A DNA stretch of 63,118 nt, counting the filler, from Octopus bimaculoides (Eukaryota), in the NCBI RefSeq assembly GCF_001194135.2. It is 5 parts of 4 records of this genome, joined end to end, with 100 filler letters (N's around TTAATTAATTAA, not from the genome) between each part and the next. Parts side by side here need not be neighbours in the genome. Positions count along the whole stretch, not along the records: positions 34,888 to 46,261 come from NC_068997.1; positions 46,362 to 63,118 come from NC_068983.1; 3 more parts are not named here. One strand, 5' to 3'. Made by a program: the position numbers and the translations under genes. The notes below the pieces were generated by a model. That model did not search any database, had not been told where the DNA came from, and worked only from the letters and a program-made list of their open reading frames with translations. Positions 37,481 to 49,377 of the stretch are shown here, one piece after another (within the stretch, counting starts at the first letter, position 1; each line of letters starts with the position of its first letter).

Positions 37481-38975
37481 GGGATACAATATTATTTTAT
37501 TGACACGTGTAGTGTTTGTATCTTTGTGTCGTTGAAAGGGACTAGAATAATATGAGCCCATAGGGGAACGTGTAGGTTTGGCGGGAGGTGTCAAGATAGC
37601 ATGTGGATGACGCCTGGGTGCAGAAGATTAGGGGTGAGGGTGAAGAGTGATATCATCCACACGGGAGTGAGTGTTACTGGCGGTGATGGCAGATATGTTG
37701 TTAATGCATAGGAGGAAAGAGTGGGGAGCAAAACCAAATCTCGAAGACCAGCAAAATTGATAGAATGTAAGCCAGAGAGTTGTATCAGCTCACGCCGTGG
37801 TTGTTCATTCTGAAAGAACCCCTGCGATCTAAGTGCCGTGAGGTAGATAGTTTAATATAAAGTTTTATACACCAAACATTGTCGAATGCTTCGCTTATGT
37901 CAAATATAACGACATTGTTTTCAGCAAAATTTCTCGAGAACAAGAACTCACTTATATATAAAGATTACTCGGTAGCTCCAGCCGAGCTAACTTTACTGAA
38001 GACATGTAGGTTGTCTTTAAGAAAGGAAAGGAATTCAGTGTGTTGGAGAAAGTGTTTGTCGATTCTGTCTGCATTATTTTTCATGTTTTTATAATGAATA
38101 ATCATAGGTCTACAGTTAGCCTGATCAGCGAGATTGTCCTTCTTGGGAATTTCGCAAAGTTGCTAGAGATCCTTTTGGAAAATACCAATATGATTGACAG
38201 CAGTTTGGGAGGCAGGAGAACTCTAGCGGAGTCATTCCTGGCATTTCGGATAATGGAATTGCAAGCATTGCGCTCGAGGTTAAAACCGCTGCGTTGTACG
38301 AGTGAGTGACTTTTCTTCTTTTTTTTCCGAGCAATGTAGGCCGTAGTGTTTACTTAAACTGCCGCAACGCAGAAATGAGTGGATCACGTGAGAGATTTGC
38401 AGTTGTGAGTGTTTAGGATCGGTGGGGTTAATGAGGAATGTCGAGATATGTATCACAGAGGATGGGTACAGTCATCTACTCAACTGTTTGTGATAACTCG
38501 GAAGTGAAGGATATGTTCTGCCATAAATACTTTTTTTTTCCAGGTTTTTATAAACAGTTTGCCATTAACTGGTGGAACTATTTGACCTGTTAACTGACTT
38601 TACGTAGCACTGGACCCGGAAAGGAAGGTGCACAATGTATGTCGCTACGCATCGATATCATTCCGCCGTCTGTCGAGATGAAGCTGGGAGCGGAGATGGC
38701 AACGGCTTGATAGAAGTTGGGTTTTAGGATGAGAAGGAGGTTAAATATAGAGTGTTTGCATGTCAGCTGGGGATGCATTTATGGAATGGAAATAACTGTG
38801 AAAAAACGGTTAAAGATTGTGGAAGATCCGGTTTCTAAAGCAACGACATCACCAATATGAGATAAGTGTGAAAACCAGGAAGAGTTGTGAACATGGATGA
38901 CATTAAAAGGAATAAAATGAGATGTTGGCTGCAGAAGTTCGAGGAATGGCAGCGGATAGGACCAGAACAAGACTC
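36940..38975 (-). mobile_element. CR1/L2-group LINE (endonuclease end, RT, C-terminus), heavily decayed
   Basis: NVHNSSW, IPKKDNLADQANCRP, VIFDISEAFDNVW, GFAPHSFLLCINNI..VDDITLH, PKTSSPWYSFP; interrupted by (GT)n at 37402-37477. Confidence 0.72.
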
Positions 38976-39532
38976 ATAGAGGCCCTAAGCACTTAAAAGA
39001 TTTTGGTATTCCAATATATATGTAATTCAAAATTTAAACACTAATAAACCATAAAATAATTTTTCATTTTTCAAAACGAGACAAAACACCGAGTAAGATG
39101 GAAAATAATGTTTATTTTTGTAGACTTCCACTTCATATTTGAAAAGTTTTCTCCTACATTTTTAATTCCAAAGTCTTTGATCAGATCCTCAATATGAACA
39201 CTTTGAAACTACATTTCCGATCATATTAAACCGCTTGGAATATTATTTTAGCAAGTTTCAACAGACTCCCTTTGTGCCGTAAACTATTTACCACTTCGGT
39301 GTCCTCCTCCTCCACCCTTGATGCACGTGCTTATTTTGCTTAATGGTTAATCCAGGGTTGGTAGAGGATGAAGACATATTTAGGAAGAGTTGAGAAGAGA
39401 GAATTTGCGCCAGACTGACCGGAAGACTTTATTGCTGTTATCCAGATGAGAAGGGTGAGCACTAGAGAGAGAGTAGATTCCACAAATGCCCAGCCACCAA
39501 CTTTTAGGGCAAAATTTGAATTTAGATAGTAT

Positions 39533-39860
39533 TTAGAAAATGGAGTTGACTAACAACTCACAGTCGGTGTTTGTCTGAATGTTTAGAAAGTTTATTTTCT
39601 GTGATAGAGTTGCAACATTCCTGTCAGAGGCTTCCAATTCCAGCCGAACTTTGCGTACAACAAATCTTGCGACATTCAGAAAGTTGACAATTTCTAAATC
39701 GCATTGTTTCGCACATATGGCCTCAATCACTGCATGCCTTTTCATTTCTTGTGTTAGCATTTTATCTGCCTTGGGGGAACTGAAAGAAATAAAAACATTT
39801 TAATTGGTTTGGAGAGAGTAATATACGGATAATTAAAAGTCTTCATAGACCCCTCTCAGT
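39533..39860 (-). mobile_element. Tc1/mariner left end and transposase helix-turn-helix fragment
   Basis: MLTQEMKRHAVIEAI..LEIVNFLNVARFVVRKVR; upstream GAGGGGTCTATGAAGACTTT terminus-like sequence. Confidence 0.6.
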
Positions 39861-40351
39861 GTGTCGCCGGCCCTTTTTACTCTGCTTACATATGTTTCGA
39901 ACGTATGGCTCCCATGATACTTTTACATTAAAATAAATAAGTAAATTTATGGTCGTTGTTCTTTTTTTATTGTCTTCAACCGAGTAAAGCCTTTAAAGAC
40001 ATATTTTTAATGTCTTGTAATGTCAAAAGAATGCTGTGATATTTCATTTGAGAATCGAATTAGGCCGGAACAGCCGCCTTCCTTATTAGAATCGATTCAT
40101 TTCACTTGTACCACATGTCTGATTCTTTTTGCATCGATTGTGACGGATAAAAAGCGATGTCGGCCCCGGTGGGTAATTCAACCCGGAACATAAAGAGACG
40201 AAACCAAGCGCTGCGAATCGTGCTACGGTCCCACTGGAATATTCAGTTTATAATTCATTCCGTAATAAACAATTAAAAGTTCCAGCGGGCTACTGATAAC
40301 ACACACACCATCACACGCGCACACACACACACACACAAAACCACCACCACC

Positions 40352-40424
<73 letters not shown>

Positions 40425-42289
40425 GCAATATGCACCGCTTATAATACAAAATTGTATATTCTATAATTTGGTGTTTATTTATTTTAGTTTTTGAAATCGT
40501 GACAGGTTGACATCCGTTCTCTCCCTCTCCTCCCCTCTCTTTCTCTTCTACTTTGCGCGCGCGCACGTGTGTGTGTATATGTGCATATGTATATATATAC
40601 ACATACACACACATATATATGTGTATATACACGTACACACACACATGCATACACACATTTCCGTACAAACAAACACACATACACATACATCCATAAATCA
40701 CCGTCACTTGAGAGAAACAAACCACATTAGATTATTTAAATCTGAGGGTATGAGACAGAAGACGTTAATGTGCTAAGAGTCATTGATAATGTCAAGTTAG
40801 TTGGATCTCTGAGCTGCCCAAGTGAAATATCTCTAAAAAATCCTCTAAAATAGCCACAAACCGCACTAAATCTCGTTCATATTTCAGTGAGAACATCGCT
40901 GTTATAACTTTGTGCGGTAAATAACACACTCCATTTTGGATGCAATTTTTTTTTCTCTTTTAAATAGACTTGTCGTGTTACTGTTTGGGTGAAGAAAAAG
41001 TCGGTTGCTGCACATCGACTTTGAACAATGAATATAGCCGTGTATAAACACAAGAGCAGATGTAAAAAGGAAGCAAGTTGGACAGTCTTTCTTTTTTACC
41101 TCTCTCTCTCTCTCTCTCTCTCTTTCTTTCTCTGTCTCTGTCTCTCTCTGACGGTTTCACATCTAATCCGTGTAGCTAGCCACTAGGCGACAATTGTAAA
41201 TGCTATTAACAATAACAACAATGGCCAGCCAACGACAGCAGAAGGTTGAGATAATAACGCGTAGTGAGGGGAGGCATCACTCCTAGTCGAGCGAACGTCA
41301 TGGTCGCTCGTGACGTCGTTGTTGTGGTCGCCGTCCCCAAGACTGGCCTCCTTATTACGAGTATGGAAGTAAATTAAGTTGATTCAAAAGACCGTGTATA
41401 GCAGAGTATTAAACAATATTTCTCGGTAGACACCGTTGTGTAGGAGGACTACGCGTGCAACGTCACAGTCGGCATGTATGGCACGATAGTTAATCAAGAC
41501 GGCACGTGACACTTTCAACTCCCTCAACCTCCCCACCCCCACCACCACCACCACCACCNNNNNNNNNNNNNNNNNNNNNNNNNNNNNNNNNNNNNNNNNN
41601 NNNNNNNNNNNNNNNNNNNNNNNNNNNNNNNNNNNNNNNNNNNNNNNNNNNNNNNNNNNNNNNNNNNNNTTCCGGGCCGACAAGACTACCTACCCACTCC
41701 TTCACCGACTACCACTTCTATTGACCCGATCACTTCTCAAATGATAGCGGATAGATCTCACACAACGGAACAAATCAATGAATTCCACTTTATCTCGGCA
41801 CAAGGATCGTTGAAGGTTAATGGGAGTGAAGAGCCAGACAGAAGGCAGAGACTTATGAATGGATTATTGGAGTAGACGCAAAATAAATCGCCAGTTACGA
41901 TAATTCCATGCCCAGGCTGTCTCTACTGACGTAATGCAGTTAAAATGGAGAACAAAAGAACAGACACTTTGGTGGAGTGAGTGATTTGGAAGCAGAAGGC
42001 GCTGGAAGACGAAACGTTTAACTTGTAAATATACTCTGAATGAAAACGACGTGTGTAAGCCATAATGGCTGGTTGGATTACAGCAGAATCATTCATCTTC
42101 TCGTAGAGTTATAAGGTCACTTCATCCAATCTGGGATATCGACTACAGACAGTATATCGTGGATACGAAGAGTAAATGATAGGATAAGATTCAACTACGA
42201 ATCGAGCTTGTTATCACAAATTCGGTTGGCAGGAAGCTTACTATTTTCCAATGGAGCTCAGAGAAAGTAACAATGTCAAATTTTATAAC

Positions 42290-42454
42290 GGAGGTGCAGG
42301 TGTAGCTGTGTGGTAAGAAGTTTACTTTTCAGCGACATGGTTCCAAGTTCAGTCCCACTACGCGGCACCTTGGGCAAGTGTCTTTTACTATAGCCTTGGG
42401 CCGGCCAAAAACATGTGAGTGGATTTGGTAGGCAGAAACTGACAGAAGCCCGTC

Positions 42455-42460
<6 letters not shown>
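42290..42460 (+). mobile_element. SINE family A, 5' half
   Basis: GTGTAGCTGTGTGGTAAGAAG..TTCAGTCCCACTACGCGGCACCTTGGGCAAGTG. Confidence 0.8.
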
Positions 42461-42485
<25 letters not shown>

Positions 42486-42587
42486 CGATATGCCATTAAC
42501 GTCCGACAAGCCATCTATAAGGCTAATCCCTTTATGGATACGAAACCATTGGTCACTATGACTGGCCATATAATTAACTTCCAATAA

Positions 42588-42627
<40 letters not shown>

Positions 42628-42814
42628 CTGCCTGCCTGACTGCCTGCATACACATATGTATGTTATTCTCTTTTTAATTTAGAGTTAACTTTGACTGACC
42701 ACTTGCTTGGTAGCAAGGCTGTGAAGGAAAGCACTTTGAACCATCATCCTTTAAATCTTAAGGTCCTGCAGATTTTTATGGTCCCACATATCCTGATCAT
42801 TTGCAACGTATGAA

Positions 42815-43150
42815 TTAAGGATTCGCATTTTCTCCCCAAGATCCCAATTTCAGCCATACCCTTGTTCCTGTCGGGTTGATATGTATCACGTTGCTCCAAT
42901 AATAATACATATAAAGCTGAAAGTGTATTTTGCGTACTGCATTTGAAAATTTGTTATCAGTGGACCATAGATATCCTATTTTTCTTGTATTTTGCTGGCC
43001 ACATTGGTGTCCAGAGGGCAGCTGATTTCCACAACAGAACCTATCTTTTCCTTGTGGCTCCACACAACAATATCTGGCCTGTTGTGTTTTAACTTGGTCG
43101 CTATTTTAAGTTCTACCAATATTCTTTTGAGCCATCGGTTTCAATACGTT
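42815..43150 (-). mobile_element. R4/Dong-like restriction-like endonuclease domain fragment
   Basis: ATKLKHNRPDIVVWSHKEKIGSVVEISCPLDTNV..DIYGPL..IIIGA (PD..E motif). Confidence 0.82.
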
Positions 43151-43299
43151 CAACATTTTCTGTAGGTGTTTTATTTTTGTGCTCCTGTTTCAGACCGTTC
43201 AGGTCACCGCATCATGCCTCAAGGGAAGATGTTATCTGGAAGACATTCTCTCACAGTTGGCAATAATGCGGTTGATGTCTTCAGCCCTGGCCATGCACG

Positions 43300-43570
43300 G
43301 CCCATGTATGTATGTACGTATGTATGTATTATGTGTGTGTGTGTGTCTGTTTCTGTTTCTGTTTGCCCCCACCACCTTGACAACTGGTGTTGGTGTGTTT
43401 ACGTCCCTGTAACATAGCAATTCGGCAGAAAGGTCTTATAGACTAGGTACCTGGCTTAAAAGTAAGTACTAGGAATTTATTTGTTTGACTAAAGATTCTT
43501 CAAGGCAGTGTCCCAGTATGGCCGCAGTCTAATGACTGAAACAAGTAAGGGATAAAAAAAATAAAAAGAA
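43300..43570 (+). mobile_element. SINE family A, 3' half
   Basis: TTTGCCCCCACCACC..GTTTACGTCCCTGTAAC..ATGACTGAAACAAGTAA and A-rich tail. Confidence 0.75.
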
Positions 43571-43940
43571 TAGACAGCCTAATCTGAAGTATGAAGACAG
43601 AGTCTGGTTTGTGAGCCTTTAGCCTTGGAAACGGGACAATGTCCAGCTTCGCACGTATTTTAGTTTAGCTTTGTGAGAGATTCCAACGATAAATGACAAA
43701 AGACAAGGCAAAACCGATAAGCAGAAGGACAAATAGTTTTTAGGATATCGAGATTTTAGGTTCGATTTTTAATCAAATTCTATATTTTTGTTTTGTCTTT
43801 GGTTCTGTGTGGCGGGGTTGCTTTTTTTTTTTACTATTTGAAAAGAAATTATTTCTTTCGTTTCTTTTTAATAGCCACAGATATCTATCTTCAAACTTGA
43901 TCAAGAAATTAAGAGTATATTGGTCATTTTAATAATAATA

Positions 43941-43972
<32 letters not shown>

Positions 43973-44573
43973 TGGTGCAACNNNNNNNNNNNNNNNNNNN
44001 NNNNNNNNNNNNNNNNNNNNNNNNNNNNNNNNNNNNNNNNNNNNNNNNNNNNNNNNNNNNNNNNNNNNNNNNNNNNNNNNNNNNNNNNNNNNNNNNNNNN
44101 NNNNNNNNNNNNNNNNNNNNNNNNNNNNNNNNNNNNNNNNNNNNNNNNNNNNNNNNNNNNNNNNNNNNNNNNNNNNNNNNNNNNNNNNNNNNNNNNNNNN
44201 NNNNNNNNNNNNNNNNNNNNNNNNNNNNNNNNNNNNNNNNNNNNNNNNNNNNNNNNNNNNNNNNNNNNNNNNNNNNNNNNNNNNNNNNNNNNNNNNNNNN
44301 NNNNNNNNNNNNNNNNNNNNNNNNNNNNNNNNNNNNNNNNNNNNNNNNNNNNNNNNNNNNNNNNNNNNNNNNNNNNNNNNNNNNNNNNNNNNNNNNNNNN
44401 NNNNNNNNNNNNNNNNNNNNNNNNNNNNNNNNNNNNNNNNNNNNNNNNNNNNNNNNNNNNNNNNNNNNNNNNNNNNNNNNNNNNNNNNNNNNNNNNNNNN
44501 NNNNNNNNNNNNNNNNNNNNNNNNNNNNNNNNNNNNNNNNNNNNNNNNNNNNNNNNNNNNNNNNNNNNNNNNN

Positions 44574-44629
<56 letters not shown>

Positions 44630-45114
44630 TGTGTGTGTCTGTGTGTTTTAATGTTTTATGTTTAGTTATAATAAAAGCAATTTTATATTAATCTGGTTTG
44701 TGAGCCTTTAGCCTTGGAAACGGGATTGGGTTACTCTATATTTTCGTAGAGTACAAATTTATTATTCTTAAACACGATTTTTATAGACAATGGCGGTGGC
44801 TTTCATCGTTGCAGATATACAAATAGATACCCACATAAAAAGAGACATCTATGAAAATGTCATAAGTGCAGAGTGGAGAGAGTGGAGGCATGACCAAAGG
44901 TATTCCAGCCACAACCATCGAACCTCTTTTTTCATTTCCCATGCCAAGACAATAGGTCGGAAAGCGACAAGGAACGATAAACGTCTATTCATAAACCTTT
45001 AAAGAAGTCTTTATTGTTGGATTCATCGGAGATATATGCACGCAGTCACATGCTCACGTGGTAGAGACATACTTTCAATGAATGACAAAAAAATAATAAA
45101 CGTATGTAGAAATG

Positions 45115-45195
<81 letters not shown>

Positions 45196-45494
45196 GTGTG
45201 TATGTGTGTGTGTTTGATATCGATAAACGAACGATCAAAAGAGTCCATGAAACCTGTGAGCAACACGGAATCTTTGCCAAGACCAGCTGCCTTACCCCCG
45301 TCGCATACGAAGTGCGTAGTGAATGTTATCGAAAGTTGAGTGAGTAACAAAACCACGGCTGGGAGCGGTCTCCGTGTCTGTAATGTGCCAACGTTCAGAA
45401 TAATAGGCGACTTGGGCCCTTAATTGTTAATAGATTGAAATTTCACAGGCAGCGAAGATCAAAGATAACTTGTTAGTACGATGTACTTTGAGAA

Positions 45495-45553
<59 letters not shown>

Positions 45554-45781
45554 TAATAATAATTGAAAAATAAAGAGAATTTTAAAAGGATGGGGGTGGA
45601 TGCAGTTAGGGATCTCTCTCTCCCACTCTATATATATAACCCCCTTCTCTCACTGTACTATATATATTTGTGTGTGATATGTGTGTTTGTATGTGTGTGT
45701 GTTTGTGTTTATGTTTGTGTGTGTATCCATATATATATCATGAGAGTACATTTAGCCTATCCTTATCTATTCATCCATAGT

Positions 45782-45873
<92 letters not shown>

Positions 45874-45884
45874 TCTATCTAAAC

Positions 45885-45923
<39 letters not shown>

Positions 45924-45949
45924 TTCCTATCTACCCTTCTGTCCTGGCC

Positions 45950-46260
45950 TCTACTTCACTGCTTCTGTCCCTTCCTCTTTGTTCCACTTCCTCCCTCCAC
46001 CATCCTCTCTGCTCTCGTGTGACCTGTGGTCAACTTTCTTTTCACTCCAGCCGCTGTGAAGGCAAGACGAACTACTAGCGTTCTACCTCAGATTTGCGTT
46101 TGGCCGTACGGCTTTTGAATGTTGTTTTCACTGTCCATTTTTTCCTGTCTTGGTTTGTGTTTGCCACCTTGGAATCCTCTGTGTAGTGGGTTGATCCACT
46201 ACTCAGGAAGAGACTATTCTAGAGTACGTTCTGTCTTGTCTTCGAAACGTCTAGATAGAA
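45950..46260 (+). mobile_element. PLE-type terminal region ending in a degenerate hammerhead-like motif (46199-46254)
   Basis: Pyrimidine-rich leader like 11950-12200, then CTA-CTCAGGA-AGAGAC..GTCTTC-GAAAC-GTC^TAG. Confidence 0.4.
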
Positions 46261-46527
46261 TNNNNNNNNNNNNNNNNNNNNNNNNNNNNNNNNNNNNNNN
46301 NNNNNTTAATTAATTAANNNNNNNNNNNNNNNNNNNNNNNNNNNNNNNNNNNNNNNNNNNNTATATCAAGGGTATGAGAGGTATTGGAGTCAAGAAGACC
46401 CAAAGACGTCAGGTAATACTGAGTAAGCGCTATATACAGACTATAGTTAAGCTCTAGGTTCGATAATGATACGAATAAGGAGTCCAACGTAGGTCGTGCA
46501 TTAGCGTGTATATATATGAAAATTAAC

Positions 46528-47032
46528 AGAATGAGATTTTAAAAAATCCAAGGCGGTGAATAGTTTTCAGAACATTTATAAAGAGAAGGTCTTACAGCTG
46601 TTTCCGGGATATTTTGTATATCTCTTCATCAGAGACGGTGCGAGAAAATGTTTCAGTAATAGTTATTATAGAGAAGATATGAAATACAGTGAAGTGGAGG
46701 AATGAAAATAGACGTGAGACACGTAAGGATACTGTATCCGTAGTTCCATTATTTAAGCAGAATGGTGTATATATAAGTTTCCTGTACCTTGTGTGTGAGT
46801 TCTAGTAGTGTTTATAATTGGTCATTCCAAGCATAGAGTCTTTCTGTTTTCATTCCTCCACTTCACTCTGTATTTCATATCTTCTCTATAATAACTATTA
46901 CTTCAACATTTTCTCGCACCGTCTCTGGTGAAGGGATATATAAAATACCCCGGAAACAGCTGTAAGACCTTCTCTTTATATATATATATATTCTGAAAAC
47001 TATTCACCGCCTTGGATTTTTTAACTCATTCT
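46528..47032. mobile_element. Fold-back PLE-type element: ~185-bp inverted arms (46528-46712, 46843-47032)
   Basis: Arms are reverse complements with scattered mismatches around a ~130-bp spacer; each arm has a hammerhead-like motif. Confidence 0.75.
46589..46636 (-). ncRNA. Minimal type-I hammerhead ribozyme-like motif with intact core
   Basis: GTCT-CTGATGA-A-GAGATAT[ACAAA]ATATCCC-G-GAAA-CAGCTG-TA^AGAC; palindromic stem III ACAGCTGT; mirror copy at 46921-46968 has CTGGTGA. Confidence 0.55.
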
Positions 47033-47718
47033 ATTAATATATATATATATATATATANNNNNNNNNNNNNNNNNNNNNNNNNNNNNNNNNNNNNNNNNNN
47101 NNNNNNNNNNNNNNNNNNNNNNNNNNNNNNNNNNNNNNNNNNNNNNNNNNNNNNNNNNNNNNNNNNNNNNNNNNNNNNNNNNNNNNNNNNNNNNNNNNNN
47201 NNNNNNNNNNNNNNNNNNNNNNNNNNNNNNNNNNNNNNNNNNNNNNNNNNNNNNNNNNNNNNNNNNNNNNNNNNNNNNNNNAGATAGACAGACAGGGACG
47301 GATGGATAGATACATAAATTAAACAGACAGTCAGGAAGACGTACATACATACATACATACATACATACATACATACATACATACATACATACAAAATGGC
47401 CGCTTCTCCGTGCTTAAGTACTGGATGACGATGTTTCGTATGTCAAGCGATGCCTGTGCATTACGCTTGCTTTTTAAAGTAGGGAGAGGCCTTGCGCACA
47501 ACCAACCCCACTCTCTGATCAACGATGACAGATACCCCAAAAGGAAGAACTATTCAACGTCATTGGCTGCCATAGAGTCGCAGGAATTACAGAGATTTTC
47601 TTCTCCTAGAGCGATGTCCTAACAAGAACTAGGGGTCGCCCACTCCAATAATGCGGTACACCATGCCTACATACTCATTCTCATTTACATATACATGCAT
47701 ACATATATTGATTGATCA

Positions 47719-47767
<49 letters not shown>

Positions 47768-47869
47768 CTCATTCTCATTTACATATACATATGTATATTG
47801 ATTGATTGATTGAGTGATTGATTGATTGATTGATTGACTGATTGATTGACTGATTGACTGATTGATTAA

Positions 47870-48435
47870 TTCAGCACGAAACACAAATAGTCAGTAAGTG
47901 TCAAAGAATGTTGTTCGTTGTACAATCTTATACTGTGACATGATATTGCAGCTGAAGCAATATGCAATGATTTCTGCAACAAAAAAAACTGCCCTGGGAT
48001 AAATATAGACAACACCACTGCTATCGAGTGCTTACATACATATCAGCACCAGGAATATTAGCGAAACATTCCTATCAAAACTTCTACCAGGTGCAAACAC
48101 AACTGATCTAATAAAATCATTTGAGATAAAAATTTAAAAAAAGAGAAGTCTGGTTTAGTCATAGAGATAAGTTACCCTGAAGATGTGAGCATTTCTTCCA
48201 GAAATCATCGAGGATGATATCTACAGAAAACAGCTTTGAAATCTGCAGCTCAAATACCTGGTTTATAAATTTACATTCGCACAAATAGTCATTGATGCAC
48301 TCGGTTATGTTAGTAAATGCTTAAACCGCAATCGGGAGAAGCTAGGATTTTCAGGCAAAGAAAGAGACCAGCTAACATGAACTTTACAGACTGTATCTGT
48401 ATGTGAAGCAGTAAAAATATGCGAGGCTTCCTTGA
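47870..48435 (+). mobile_element. R4/Dong-like fragment (zinc knuckle end and restriction-like endonuclease domain)
   Basis: QIVSKCQRM..HDIAAEAI..NIPIKTSTRCKHN..VIEISYPEDV..NLQLKY..IVIDALGYVSKCL..VKIC. Confidence 0.8.
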
Positions 48436-48679
48436 TATGTAACAAATTATCGTGGTTGTTCCAACTCCAATGAAGGAGCTTTTGCTTCTTTGTTAGAAAC
48501 CAGGTCCCTTTCTAGAAAGACTATTATCAAATAAAAAAAAAGAAAAAGACACATATATATTATCATATAACTGCGTATATGTGTGTAATACATATTTTTA
48601 TATGTGTGTGTGTGCGTATGTGTGCTTGTGTGTACGTAAGAATTATCTACAAATAGTTATATTTATTATCTCTAAACCA

Positions 48680-48840
48680 GTAGTTTGACGAAAGGAGGTT
48701 AGTCGATAACATTGATATCAATACTTGACTCACATATTATTTCATCGGCCTCGAAAGACAAAGCTGATCTCGATGCGATTTGAATTCAGAATGCAAGGAA
48801 CTGGAACACATGCCGCATGGCATTTTTCCGACATTATTGC
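48680..48840 (-). mobile_element. SINE family B, degraded
   Basis: Weak match to the reverse complement of 20861-21069. Confidence 0.5.
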
Positions 48841-49286
48841 TTCAAATCTACTTTTTTAATCACTGGTAGATTTCTGCTTTACAATACAGTGTGGATGTAT
48901 ATGGATGCACCATCACCAAATGGTTAAAAAGTTCGCTTGACATTTGAGGTTCTGATTCATGAATTACGAGTGCCAACGCATCCAACGGACTTCCGCTCTG
49001 TTTCCGTATACCCAGTTTCTCTCTCTTGAGATGTGTCGACTCAAGGCTATGGTAAAAAACACCGATCGTGATGAAACGTAGTGGGATCGAGCCTAGGACT
49101 TCATGATTGCAAAGAGAACTTCTTAACCAATCGACTATGTGAGTCCGAAAAGAATATACTACCATACTCACACTTTCATGTACACACTCATGCATTCTAT
49201 CGCACTCATGAACCTCATTGGGCGCACACACACGCACACACACACACACACACATGCATACATACATTTATATATATATATAGATA

Positions 49287-49377
<91 letters not shown>

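Noticed and set aside
9796-46317. Recurring palindromic TTAATTAATTAA
   Set aside because: It is always centred in fixed-size N gaps; an assembly linker, not biology.
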